Program-made: the position numbers and the translations under genes | Notes under the pieces: generated by a model | Seen by the model: the letters and a program-made list of their open reading frames with translations, nothing else | The model's database searches: none | What the model was told of the DNA's origin: nothing | NCBI GenBank assembly: GCA_963675595.2 | Contig: CAXXLZ010000002.1 | Span: forward strand, 1,344,001-1,408,000 | Length of the DNA: 64,000 bases | DNA from: Thermodesulfobacteriota bacterium | GTDB lineage: Bacteria > Desulfobacterota > Desulfarculia > JACQYL01 | Direction: 5' to 3' | Part shown: positions 63,544 through 64,000 of the stretch, piece by piece | Layout: every line of letters begins with the position of its first letter | Numbering within the stretch: the first letter of the stretch is position 1

Positions 63544-64000
63544 TGTACCGCCGCTCCCCGTCCGAGACTGTTCGCTGTTCCTGCCGCCGATGCTCCAAAA
63601 AGGAGGGGAACGCAACCCCGTTCCGCCCATGCGTTTTACGGTCGCATGAAGAGCACGATTTAGAAAGCTGCCGCCCAAACTACATCAAGGAGGCACCCGT
63701 TACCACAATTTTTCCGAAGGCCGGACCCCCTGCGAGCATGAGCAACAACGCCGACGGCTCCTTGGAGAAATCCCGCGGCACCGTCCAAAAGCCAAGCCGT
63801 GCCTGCGTCGGCTCCCTTCGCCCGCGCATCCGACGGCATTTCCAGATACCACGGTTCGTGCTCTCTCCCTCCCGGGGACTCAGTATTTTTCAACACCCTC
63901 CTGTCTTTTTCTTATCGGCCTTTGTGTTTGTGGTAATTCCCGTGCTCCATCCTAAGTGAACTCATTTTTGTTCTTGTTACGATTCAAGGCTTCATGCTAT

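Overview
A 64-kb accessory region from a GC-rich bacterium; the gene content suggests Desulfobacterota/deltaproteobacteria (inference). It lies downstream of tRNA-Val(CAC) and holds two decayed copies of that tRNA's 3' end, probably old integration scars. Gene content: a small defence cluster (TIGR04255-like/antitoxin-like/PIN trio, Shedu-type DUF4263 nuclease, two decayed BrnTA-like copies); a pstSCAB operon with two extra pstS genes; several exported proteins with different C-terminal tags (NHL+C13 protease, gingipain-like C25, IPTL-CTERM, VPLPA-CTERM); and PAS/HK/GGDEF signalling genes. Mobile elements: one IS4, two apparently identical IS1182-like copies, one IS110/IS1111, two IS3 and a group II intron. 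The most striking feature is a modular REP/REPIN-like family (ATTCA foot plus GC-rich hairpins) in about 20 intergenic spaces, with a RAYT remnant nearby. Three unrelated mobile elements have inserted into this family. Two are RNA-guided and their guides visibly match the repeat: the IS1111 bridge-RNA loops and the intron EBS1/EBS2. All family assignments come from motif recognition by eye; no database searches were run.
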